Positions 48,009 to 56,258 of a stretch of DNA of 64,000 bases are shown here, one piece after another (the stretch's first letter is position 1; each line of letters begins with the position of its first letter). A program made the position numbers and the translations under genes. Source of the DNA: an uncultured Acidobacteriota bacterium (GTDB lineage Bacteria > Actinomycetota > Acidimicrobiia > Spongiisociales > ZC4RG35); contig CAWHEU010000022.1 in the NCBI GenBank assembly GCA_963828465.1, forward strand, positions 539,887-603,886. Direction: 5' to 3'. Below the pieces are notes generated by a model. That model had not been told where the DNA came from and ran no database searches. It worked only from the letters and a program-made list of their open reading frames with translations.

Positions 48009-49627
48009 TCAGCCGAGGCCCGGCTTCGCCGGGTCTCGGCCTTGCGCTCACTCTCAAGGCGCTCAAGGTCGACGTCGCTGTAGTCGACGTAACTCATCGC
48101 CTCTGCGATCAAATGGTGACCGGCAACCTCGTCGATGGCGCGATGCATCTCATGGGCGACCCTCCGGTAGGCAGGGTGCCCGGCCGCCTGGCTGCGCAGC
48201 TCGATCAGATGGAAGGCTTGCCGGGGGTTCATCTCCATGACGAATCGCACGTTGAAGGCGAACGGCACCACATATTGGGCCACGTCGGCTCCGAGGTCGC
48301 TGCGCAGCTCTTCGTAGAAGGTGAGCGATTGGGCCATCAATCGATGCCATTCGTCGGCGAGGCCTAGCTCCTCGACTTCCGCCGGCAGGTCGTAGCCGAG
48401 TCGGGTCGTGTACCGCTGCCACTCCAGAGTCATCAGACGATGACGCTGAAGATCGCGGAAAGCCCCGATGTCACAGGTGACATCGAACCGGTAGGTAGTT
48501 CGCTCCATGGCCCGCCCCGGCCTGTGTCTCCGATTGGCCCGATCTCCGACGAGAGAGGAGATGATCTCCGCCCTCTCGGACTGGGTCATCGACCTGGCCG
48601 TTCGGAGCAGCTCCGCATCGGGCAACTCCGAGACGGCGTAGAGGGCAGCAGCTGCGATCTTGAGCTCTGCCTCGGGATCCCAGTCGACCAGTGTCACGGA
48701 TGGGCCATCGTCTGAGGGTGATCGAAGGCTGGTTGCTCTCTGTTCGAGGTCTGAGCGGACGTCTTCGAGGTATCGGGCCCAGCGAACTCCGCGATCTTCC
48801 AGATCGACCCTCGTGAGGAACGACGGGATGATCTTGCGAAGCTCGCCGAGCATCATCTGCCCGTATTCCTGAACCTCGCGCAGCGGGTTGGCCCGCATCC
48901 TGACCAGTGACATCTCGTATGCCTGGCCGGTGCCATAGATGCCGACGTTGGACAGCGTCGACACGGGAAGCATGCCCCGCACCGTGTCGCATGCCTTGGC
49001 CCGGATCGTGGCGTTCCAGACCATCGCAGAGTCGTCGTCACCCCGAGGATGCAGTTGTTCGAAATGAGTCATCATCCTCGCCACCATGGTCGAGTAGGCA
49101 TCGAAGACCCGCTCCATGTGGGTGAGGTATCGGTCGGCGTGCGCCGAGTTGGCGATCTCGGGAGGCACGAAGTACCGGTACCGGTCGCCGAGCCGTGCGT
49201 CGTATCGGATGTAGCGGGTCGATTGCTCCAGGTAGGCGGCGAGCCGCCCCCATTCCAGGACCTTGGTCAGGAGGTTCGAGGCCTGCTCGCAGGCGAGGTG
49301 AGCGCCACCGAGCTGGGCGACGGAGTCGTCCCCATAGTCGAAGAACACCCGCTGATAGAGCTGTTCGGCTTTGCGGGTTGCCACCAACGGGTCATCGTCG
49401 AGACCCCGGGACATAGTGTCGATCCCGGACTCTGGATCGGCCACGAACTCGTCGAGAAAGAGCCGACGCAACGACTTGGCCGACCTCGAATAGCGGGCGA
49501 ACAGCGCTCCCTTCACCACCTCGGGGAGATTGATCAACCCGAACACCGGCAAGTCGAGATTGGTGAAGAACCGGCTCAGGACCGCCTGCTCCTCGGCGGT
49601 GAACTCTTCCTGGTGGTACGACGTCAC
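47996..49627 (-). CDS. thyX: FAD-dependent thymidylate synthase, tandem-domain form
   Basis: 543 aa; YGDDSVA, EQSTRY and RGMLP in domain 1; DLQRHR and ELRS...H..YR in domain 2. Confidence 0.88.
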   Translation of the reverse strand: MTSYHQEEFTAEEQAVLSRFFTNLDLPVFGLINLPEVVKGALFARYSRSAKSLRRLFLDEFVADPESGIDTMSRGLDDDPLVATRKAEQLYQRVFFDYGDDSVAQLGGAHLACEQASNLLTKVLEWGRLAAYLEQSTRYIRYDARLGDRYRYFVPPEIANSAHADRYLTHMERVFDAYSTMVARMMTHFEQLHPRGDDDSAMVWNATIRAKACDTVRGMLPVSTLSNVGIYGTGQAYEMSLVRMRANPLREVQEYGQMMLGELRKIIPSFLTRVDLEDRGVRWARYLEDVRSDLEQRATSLRSPSDDGPSVTLVDWDPEAELKIAAAALYAVSELPDAELLRTARSMTQSERAEIISSLVGDRANRRHRPGRAMERTTYRFDVTCDIGAFRDLQRHRLMTLEWQRYTTRLGYDLPAEVEELGLADEWHRLMAQSLTFYEELRSDLGADVAQYVVPFAFNVRFVMEMNPRQAFHLIELRSQAAGHPAYRRVAHEMHRAIDEVAGHHLIAEAMSYVDYSDVDLERLESERKAETRRSRASADSGR

Positions 49628-49682
49628 GGGTCGGCGATTGTATGCCTGGAAACTGGGCGCTCCCGGTTACCGTTTTAGTGCA

Positions 49683-49961
49683 ATGTCAGTGTTCCTGGTG
49701 CGTCTCGGTGTATTCATACTCTCTGCGGCGGCTATCGGCATTGCTTTGGTACCGATCCTCGTCCTCATCGACTTGCTCGACGGGGGCACCGGCTGGGGTC
49801 TCTGCCCTCAGGGCATCGAGGCCTGCAGCAATCCGTATACGACCGCCGCCGAATTCGGGGTTCTCCTCACTATCGGGTTGTTCCTGGCGGTCTTGGGAAT
49901 CCGACTCCTGATGAAGCTGGCCCGACGTCTCCGCTCTGACGACTACCAGGTGAGTCAGTGA
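49683..49961 (+). CDS. Small two-TM membrane protein with a Cys pair in the loop
   Basis: TM, DLLDGGTGWGLCPQGIEACSNP loop, TM, basic tail. Confidence 0.7.
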   Translation: MSVFLVRLGVFILSAAAIGIALVPILVLIDLLDGGTGWGLCPQGIEACSNPYTTAAEFGVLLTIGLFLAVLGIRLLMKLARRLRSDDYQVSQ

Positions 49962-50839
49962 GCAGGTGTCACCGCTTCGGCCTCGATTGACGCCTGGTCG
50001 GTCTGCTTGGTCACCACGATGAAGATCGCAATGAGGATGAGGGCAGCGCCGGTCCATCCCGCCACTGTGAGCCTCTCGCCGAGCACCACCCATGCCGTGG
50101 CGACGGCGAATGCCGGCTCCGCTGCGAGCACAACAGCTGCGGTGGTAGCGCCGACGACGGTCTGAGCCCAGATCTGGAGGACGAAGCATCCGGCGCTGGC
50201 CCCGATCCCGGTGATCAACAGCGCGCCCCACACCGAGCTCGGTGGTAGGACGGGGCCTTCGATCAACAGAGCCGCAGGGAAGGCCAGCGCCGAGGTGATC
50301 GCCAACTGAACGACAGTGAACGGGACGACGGGGTGATGACGGGCGAGACGGGATAGGACGACGATGTGCGTCGAGAAGCAGAACGCACACGCAAGGGTGA
50401 GGAGGTCACCTCGATCGAAGCCAAGGTCCCTTGCGCCGGTTATGAGGATCAGGCCACCGAACGACAGGGCGGCCGCACCCACGCTCCACCAGCTCGGTGG
50501 CCGTCGGGCGAACAATGCGGCGAGAAACGGTGTGATCACCACGTACAGGCCGGTGATCAACGCCGAGTTGCTGGCGCTGGTCTCGGTCAGGCCGGCAGTT
50601 TGAAAAGCGTATCCCCCGAATAGAGCGAGCCCGGCCAGGGTGCCGTGCCACCAGATCCTGCGCCCGCGGGGAAAGGCGAAGATGGACAGGATGAGCGCCC
50701 CGAGAAGGAATCGCCACGCCACGAAGGTCAGGGGTGGGACCTGTACAACCGCAGACTTGACGACCACGAAGGTCGCGCCAAAGACGAACGATGCCGCCAA
50801 CAAGGCGAGAATTGCCCGGCTTCGATTGGACCTGAACAT
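49955..50839 (-). CDS. DMT/EamA family transporter
   Basis: FGATFVVVK, RF, QT.GL..T.AS.SALIT, GDLLTL, EP.FA, LGE. Confidence 0.9.
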   Translation of the reverse strand: MFRSNRSRAILALLAASFVFGATFVVVKSAVVQVPPLTFVAWRFLLGALILSIFAFPRGRRIWWHGTLAGLALFGGYAFQTAGLTETSASNSALITGLYVVITPFLAALFARRPPSWWSVGAAALSFGGLILITGARDLGFDRGDLLTLACAFCFSTHIVVLSRLARHHPVVPFTVVQLAITSALAFPAALLIEGPVLPPSSVWGALLITGIGASAGCFVLQIWAQTVVGATTAAVVLAAEPAFAVATAWVVLGERLTVAGWTGAALILIAIFIVVTKQTDQASIEAEAVTPAH

Positions 50840-50916
50840 GAGCGGGGGCAGGGTAGGAGCGGGACCGGTTGCGTCCACGCCTCTGGCGCCCGCGGCGGTC
50901 AATACGATGCCGGCTC

Positions 50917-51612
50917 ATGCCGCTGAGCAGAGCCGATGGGTCGGTGCCGTCACGGGCTGAGAAAGGGAAGGCACGCGCCGTCCTCAACCGTCTCCGCCGC
51001 CGCTACTCGAGCATCGGCACCGCTCTCGATTACGAGTCACCCTTCCAACTCCTGGTCGTGACTGTCCTTTCGGCGCAGACCACGGACGAGAACGTGAACA
51101 AGGTGGCCCCCGTTCTCTTCGAGGCCTATCCGGGAGTCAGCGACCTCGCCGACGCCGACCCCGAAGAAGTGGAGAGGATCGTCTACTCCACCGGCTTCTT
51201 CCGCCAGAAGACGAAGTCGATCATCAAGCTGGCCCAAGCCATCGAGGAGATGTTCGACGGCGAGGTGCCTATGGACCTCGACGAGTTGGTCACGCTCCCC
51301 GGCGTTGGTCGCAAGACGGCGAGCGTGTTGCTCGCCGAGGCGTGGGATGTGCCCGCGATCGCCGTCGACACCCACGTGCGGAGGGTCTCTCGCCGCCTCG
51401 GCCTGACCGATCAGACCGACCCGGTGAAGATCGAGCGTGACCTGATGGCGCTCTACCCGAAAGGGGACTGGTCCGGACTGTCGATGAGGATCATCCAGTT
51501 CGGGCGTGACGTATGTGATGCCAGGCGGCCGTTTTGTGGGCAATGCGAGCTATTCGATCTCTGCGAGTTCCCAGATCGGTTCGCGTTCGCCCACAAAACC
51601 CCTCCACGGTGA
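50917..51612 (+). CDS. nth: Endonuclease III
   Basis: LSAQTTD..VN, LPGVGRKTA helix-hairpin-helix, AVDTHV.R, C-X6-C-X2-C-X5-C Fe-S motif. Confidence 0.95.
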   Translation: MPLSRADGSVPSRAEKGKARAVLNRLRRRYSSIGTALDYESPFQLLVVTVLSAQTTDENVNKVAPVLFEAYPGVSDLADADPEEVERIVYSTGFFRQKTKSIIKLAQAIEEMFDGEVPMDLDELVTLPGVGRKTASVLLAEAWDVPAIAVDTHVRRVSRRLGLTDQTDPVKIERDLMALYPKGDWSGLSMRIIQFGRDVCDARRPFCGQCELFDLCEFPDRFAFAHKTPPR

Positions 51613-52913
51613 CCAACGCCCGAATCGCCAATCGGGCCATCCTCCGGCTCGCCATTCCTGCGTTGGGGACCCTGGCGATAGACCCGCTCCTGACTCTCAT
51701 CGACACCGCCTTCGTGGCGCGGGTTGGTGTCGACGAGTTGGCGGCGTTGGGCGTCGATTCCGCCATCCTCGGATTCGTCTTCTTCGGGTTCAACTTCCTC
51801 GCCTACGCGACAACGCCGTTGGTGGCTCAGGCGCTCGGCCGTGGAAACCAGGCCGAGGCGCGACGGTGGGTCGGCGACGCCGTCGTGCTCGCCGCGCTCC
51901 TCGGCGTCGTCGCGGCCATCGTGGTTGAAGTCCTGGCCCCATGGTTCGTCGGCTTGATGGGCGCCACTGACGAAGTAGCGGGGCCCGCGGTGGCCTATCT
52001 GCGGATACGGGGGATAGCTACGCCGGCCGTCCTCTTGGTGACCGCGGGGCATGGCGCATTTCGCGGGTACCAGGACACACGTACACCGTTCCGGGTCGCG
52101 GTGGGAATCAATGTGGTCAACCTGGTCATCGACCCTCTCCTCATCTTCGTCTTTGGTTTGGGCCTCGAAGGCGCAGCCCTCGGCACGGTGATTGCCCAGT
52201 GGGTGGGGGCGTTGTGGTTCCTGCAGCTGATCCGCTCCCGGCGCATGGCCGACCGGCCCGCCGGTCTCAGGAAGGCTCTCCCCACCATCCTGGCCCTGGC
52301 CCGGAATGGGGTCCTGGTATCGATTCGAACCGGGTTTCTCCTTCTCGGCCTGACCTTCGCGGCCGCGACAGCGACCAGGCTCGGCCCGGCCGATATCGCC
52401 GCCCATCAGGTGGTGATGCAGGTCTGGCTCCTGGCCGCCATGATCGCCGACTCGTTTGCGATTGCCGGGCAAGCGATGGTCGCCGGGGTAATTGGCGGGG
52501 GAGAATCGAGAGCGACCGACGACCTGTCCCGGCGGCTGCTGCTCTGGGGAGTCCTCACCGGCGTGTTGCTGATGGGCGCCTTCGTCGTCGGCGGTCCCGC
52601 CCTCGCCGGTCTCGTCAATGATCCCACCGTGGCGGCCCTGACAGTGTCCGCAGCGGCGGTCGCAGGTTGGACGATGCCGATCGGAGCGCCGCTGTTCGTT
52701 GCGGACGGCATCTTCTTCGGGCTCCTGGCATTCGGGACGATCATCGTTTCGACCGCCTTTGGCTCTGCCGTCCTCGTGACCCTCCTCTCGGTCACGGCGT
52801 TGGGCGACTCGCTCGAAGGGATCTGGTGGGCGATCGGAGCGATGCTTGCCGCTCGGGGCCTGGTCTTCGTCCTCGGCTACAGGCGGGCCGTGCGAACAGC
52901 CCTCAGGTCCTGA
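51609..52913 (+). CDS. MATE family efflux transporter (DinF-like)
   Basis: LAIPALG...DPL..LIDTAFV, FRG.QDTRTP, NLVIDP.LIF...GLEGAA.GT, AAHQV. Confidence 0.9.
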   Translation: MTNARIANRAILRLAIPALGTLAIDPLLTLIDTAFVARVGVDELAALGVDSAILGFVFFGFNFLAYATTPLVAQALGRGNQAEARRWVGDAVVLAALLGVVAAIVVEVLAPWFVGLMGATDEVAGPAVAYLRIRGIATPAVLLVTAGHGAFRGYQDTRTPFRVAVGINVVNLVIDPLLIFVFGLGLEGAALGTVIAQWVGALWFLQLIRSRRMADRPAGLRKALPTILALARNGVLVSIRTGFLLLGLTFAAATATRLGPADIAAHQVVMQVWLLAAMIADSFAIAGQAMVAGVIGGGESRATDDLSRRLLLWGVLTGVLLMGAFVVGGPALAGLVNDPTVAALTVSAAAVAGWTMPIGAPLFVADGIFFGLLAFGTIIVSTAFGSAVLVTLLSVTALGDSLEGIWWAIGAMLAARGLVFVLGYRRAVRTALRS

Positions 52914-54160
52914 CCTCGCGTCTCGGGAAGGAGCAGGGTCAGCAAGGCGGCGATACCCATTCCGAGCCCGAGGATCGTGACCGTCTGGGATAGCCCGAAG
53001 CGATCGATGGTGAAGACCCCGAGGATCAGCCCGAGACCGGACCCGACCAATCCGAAGTTCGTCGCTGCCGTGTTGGCACTTGCCCTGAGCCCGGTGGGGA
53101 AGAGCTCTGCTCGGTGGGAGCCCGCGGCGGGGACCAAGGCGAAGGTGCCGAATGAGGACACCATCACCGCAACGACGATCCACGGGATCGAGTTGGACCA
53201 GTAGATGACCAGGCCACCTCCGACGGCCAGCAGCAAGCTCACGACCGTGGTATTTCGCCTTCCCCAGGCATCTGCCAGGTGGCCGCCGACGAAGAATCCG
53301 AGCCCGCCGAGGGTCCCCCCGAGAAGAGCGATCAGGACGGTCGATCCCGTGCTCAGGCCGAGGTATTCGATCAACCGCGTCGTGGAGAAGGCCAGGGCGA
53401 CGGCCGAAAAGGCGGAGACGAGGAAGGCGATGATCACCACCACCCAGAACCGACGCGCCCATTCCCCGGTGGCCAGCTCCCGCCAGTGCCTGTCCTCGTG
53501 GTCTTCGATGAAGATGTGGCTCTCCGGCACGTTGCGGATCAGGAACGGGAGGACGAGGAAGCCGAGGGCGATCATGAGATGTGGGATCCGCCAGCTCTGG
53601 CCGCCTCCGTCGGCAAGGGGGAGTGTCATCAAAGCCAGACCGCCGCCAAATGACACCGCGGCCCCGTAGAAGGAGATCGCGTAGGCACGGATGTGGGGCG
53701 AGACCTGCTCGGCGAGAAGGACGATCGCCAAGCCCCCCATGCCGGCGGTGCCGGTGCGCAGGATCGCCTGGGCAGTCCCGAACTGCCATGCCTCAAAGGC
53801 GAGTCCCGCCAGGGTGCCACCGATGATCACGATTGTGAGAGACCAGAGGAAGGGGCGCCTCCGGCCCTTGTGGTCGCCGAGCCATCCGAGAGGAAGAGCG
53901 GCGAACGCGGCAAGCCGCGCGATGCCGAGCAGAAGGCTCATCTCGCCCTCGGTGAGCCCGAGACCGGCGCGCGTGAACGGGAGCGTCGCAGCCGCCTGGG
54001 ACTGGGCAAAGCCCTGTATGACTCCGGCTGTCCAGATGACGAACACGATTCGGCGATCGCCCGAGGTGAACCTGTCCACCGGGAGCAACGGGCCCAGAAC
54101 GCGTCGCAGCCACGGTGCCACGAGTCGAGAGTAGAGGGGCACGCGTGCGATCATCCCCAC
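52877..54160 (-). CDS. MFS transporter
   Basis: D..GRR motif twice, ELFPT.LRA, LPETRG. Confidence 0.88.
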   Translation of the reverse strand: MGMIARVPLYSRLVAPWLRRVLGPLLPVDRFTSGDRRIVFVIWTAGVIQGFAQSQAAATLPFTRAGLGLTEGEMSLLLGIARLAAFAALPLGWLGDHKGRRRPFLWSLTIVIIGGTLAGLAFEAWQFGTAQAILRTGTAGMGGLAIVLLAEQVSPHIRAYAISFYGAAVSFGGGLALMTLPLADGGGQSWRIPHLMIALGFLVLPFLIRNVPESHIFIEDHEDRHWRELATGEWARRFWVVVIIAFLVSAFSAVALAFSTTRLIEYLGLSTGSTVLIALLGGTLGGLGFFVGGHLADAWGRRNTTVVSLLLAVGGGLVIYWSNSIPWIVVAVMVSSFGTFALVPAAGSHRAELFPTGLRASANTAATNFGLVGSGLGLILGVFTIDRFGLSQTVTILGLGMGIAALLTLLLPETRGQDLRAVRTARL

Positions 54161-54188
54161 ACTTCGGCTAAATCACCGGGGAACCAAA

Positions 54189-54959
54189 GTGTTCGACAAC
54201 GTCGACTCCGCCGCCTACATCCTCCAGATCCTGATCGCGTTCGGGGCGGGCATCATCTCGTTCGTCTCCCCCTGCGTGCTGCCGCTTCTCCCCGGCTATC
54301 TGTCGATGATGTCGGGCTACTCGGCGAGCCAATTAGAGGAGGGCGATGTCTCCACGGCTCGGATGACCCGGGTCATCCTCCTCTTCATCGCGGGCTTCAC
54401 CGTCGTGTTCGTCGCGTTGGGGGCCATCGCCACCGGCCTTCGCACGTGGCTGGTCCAGAACTTGACCACATTCACCAGATTGGCCGGACTGACCGTGATC
54501 GTTTTCGGGGTGCTCATGGTGGCCATGGCGGTGTCCGATCGAGGGCCACTCGCCACCATCGGGAGAGATCGCAGGCTCGACGTCCGGCCCAGTCGGCTCG
54601 GCTCGTGGGGATCCCCGGTCATGGGGCTGGCCTTCGGCTTCGCCTGGACGCCGTGCATCGGCCCCGTCCTCACTGTGATCCTCGCCACTGCATCACTCCA
54701 GGAGACACTCGGCCAGGGCATGCTGCTCCTCCTCGCCTACTCCGTGGGACTGGGAGTGCCTTTCCTCCTCAGCGGCCTCGGCCTGTTCAAGTTGTTCGGA
54801 CGTCTCAAGCCCTATCTCCGCCCGATAAATATCGCGTCGGGGGTGTTACTGACGCTGTTCGGTGTTCTCATGTTGACGGGAAATGTCGGCACCTTGTCGA
54901 CTTGGTTCTCCGACGTCCTGCTTTCGATACCGTTCCTCCGTGACCTGGCGACGATCTGA
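54189..54959 (+). CDS. ccdA: Cytochrome c biogenesis protein CcdA
   Basis: AGIISFVSPCVLPLLPGY and AWTPCIGP; Y..GLGVPF. Confidence 0.92.
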   Translation: MFDNVDSAAYILQILIAFGAGIISFVSPCVLPLLPGYLSMMSGYSASQLEEGDVSTARMTRVILLFIAGFTVVFVALGAIATGLRTWLVQNLTTFTRLAGLTVIVFGVLMVAMAVSDRGPLATIGRDRRLDVRPSRLGSWGSPVMGLAFGFAWTPCIGPVLTVILATASLQETLGQGMLLLLAYSVGLGVPFLLSGLGLFKLFGRLKPYLRPINIASGVLLTLFGVLMLTGNVGTLSTWFSDVLLSIPFLRDLATI

Positions 54960-55796
54960 ATGAGTCTCAGCGAGCCGCATCTCGCCCCGTCGGCACCCGA
55001 GCTCGTCTGGTTCGGTGGCTCCGACGCGATTCGGTTCCTGAATGACCTCATCAGTCAGGAGATCGGCGACATGGAGCCGGGCACGGTGCGTCGATCACTG
55101 TTGCTCACCCCGCAGGGAAAGCTCGACCACATCATCTGGGTGCTTCGTGGAGCGGATGACGTCGGTTTGTCGGTCGACTCCGGGCGCGGCGAGGACCTGA
55201 CCGCAAAGCTGGCTCGATACCGAATCCGGGTCGACGTCGACATCGAGGCCTCTCCGCTCGAGCGATGGCTTGTCGTAGGCCCGTTCGGTGGCGATCCGGG
55301 GCGGTGGACCGGCCATCGATCGGCTCTCATCGCCGACGTGTCGTGGTCCAACATCGAGCGAACTCTTGTTGTGGGGGAGAGGCCAGACCTGCCCCTCTTG
55401 GAGGTCGACGACTACGAGGTGTTCCGCATCGAGGCGGGTGAGCCGCTGGCAGGTGTGGATGTCACGGACGCCACCATTCCCCAGGAAACCGGTCTGGTGA
55501 GAGAGACGATCTCCTTCGAGAAGGGGTGCTTCCTCGGTCAGGAGCTGGTCGCACGTCTCGACAGTCGGGGAGGGCGGGTCAACCACCATCTTCGCATCCT
55601 TCGCTTCGACGGTTCGGCGCCGGAGGTCGGTGCCGAGGTCACCAAGGATGGCGAACTGGTGGGGATGCTCAGCTCGGCGGCAGACGGTGTTGGGCTGGCA
55701 TTACTCCGGCGCGGGGTCGAGCCGGGCGAGACCGTGACGGTGGGAGCGGGTGAGGCTGAGGTGGTATCGATACCCGAACGAACCGGTGACGCCTAG
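54960..55796 (+). CDS. ygfZ: Folate-binding YgfZ/GcvT family protein
   Basis: G.DA..FL..L, LLTPQGK, ISFEKGCFLGQELVAR signature. Confidence 0.9.
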   Translation: MSLSEPHLAPSAPELVWFGGSDAIRFLNDLISQEIGDMEPGTVRRSLLLTPQGKLDHIIWVLRGADDVGLSVDSGRGEDLTAKLARYRIRVDVDIEASPLERWLVVGPFGGDPGRWTGHRSALIADVSWSNIERTLVVGERPDLPLLEVDDYEVFRIEAGEPLAGVDVTDATIPQETGLVRETISFEKGCFLGQELVARLDSRGGRVNHHLRILRFDGSAPEVGAEVTKDGELVGMLSSAADGVGLALLRRGVEPGETVTVGAGEAEVVSIPERTGDA

Positions 55797-55810
55797 ACGT
55801 GGTGATTCCG

Positions 55811-55894
55811 TGCCGGAGGCGGGACTCGAACCCGCACGCCCTTGCGAGCAATGGATTTTGAGTCCATCGTGTATACCAATTTCACCACTCCGGC
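55811..55894 (-). tRNA. tRNA-Leu (anticodon CAA)
   Basis: GCCGGAGTGGTGAAATTGGTATACACG-ATGGA-CTCAAAA-TCCAT, long variable arm, GCGGGTTCGAGTCCCGC, CTCCGGCA; CCA not encoded. Confidence 0.95.
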
Positions 55895-55956
55895 ATGCTG
55901 TGAAGTGCGTGAGACGTTAACGATATCGCCGGTCACGGCGATACCCTGCGGAGGTC

Positions 55957-56232
55957 TTGAAGCGCATCCATCGCAAGTTGTTTCGGATCAACGACCAAAT
56001 CGACTCGCTCAGCCGTGAGCTGAATTTGGTGAACGCCGAGCTCTCCAACCACCGCTCGATCGACGAGGATGCCCAGCGTGATGCCGTCGTCGGCAACTAC
56101 ATCGACCGTGAAGAGGCCGGGCGAACTGCCGGCGATGTTCGTAGGTTCGAGCGGACCGCGTTCTATCTCAGGGTTCGCCGCGCCAAGCTGATCAAGACCA
56201 GGGACCGGCTCCTCGCCCGTCTGCCCGACTGA
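55957..56232 (+). CDS. Hypothetical coiled-coil protein
   Basis: 91 aa, heptad pattern, GGAGG ribosome-binding site before TTG, ends 26 bp upstream of polA. Confidence 0.65.
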   Translation: MKRIHRKLFRINDQIDSLSRELNLVNAELSNHRSIDEDAQRDAVVGNYIDREEAGRTAGDVRRFERTAFYLRVRRAKLIKTRDRLLARLPD

Positions 56233-56258
56233 TCGGGCGCGCCGCTACCGTCAGGCCG

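Noticed and set aside
52877-52913. 37-bp convergent overlap of the MATE and MFS genes as antisense regulation
   Set aside because: Short convergent overlaps occur throughout the window (10423, 34062, 44994, 49955) and reflect compact packing.
51453-53789. 778-aa minus-strand ORF
   Set aside because: Arg/Pro/Gly-rich shadow frame over the MATE and MFS genes, with no domain signal.
55797-55956. Genomic island integrated at tRNA-Leu
   Set aside because: No integrase, no duplicated tRNA 3' end seen, and both flanks are housekeeping genes.
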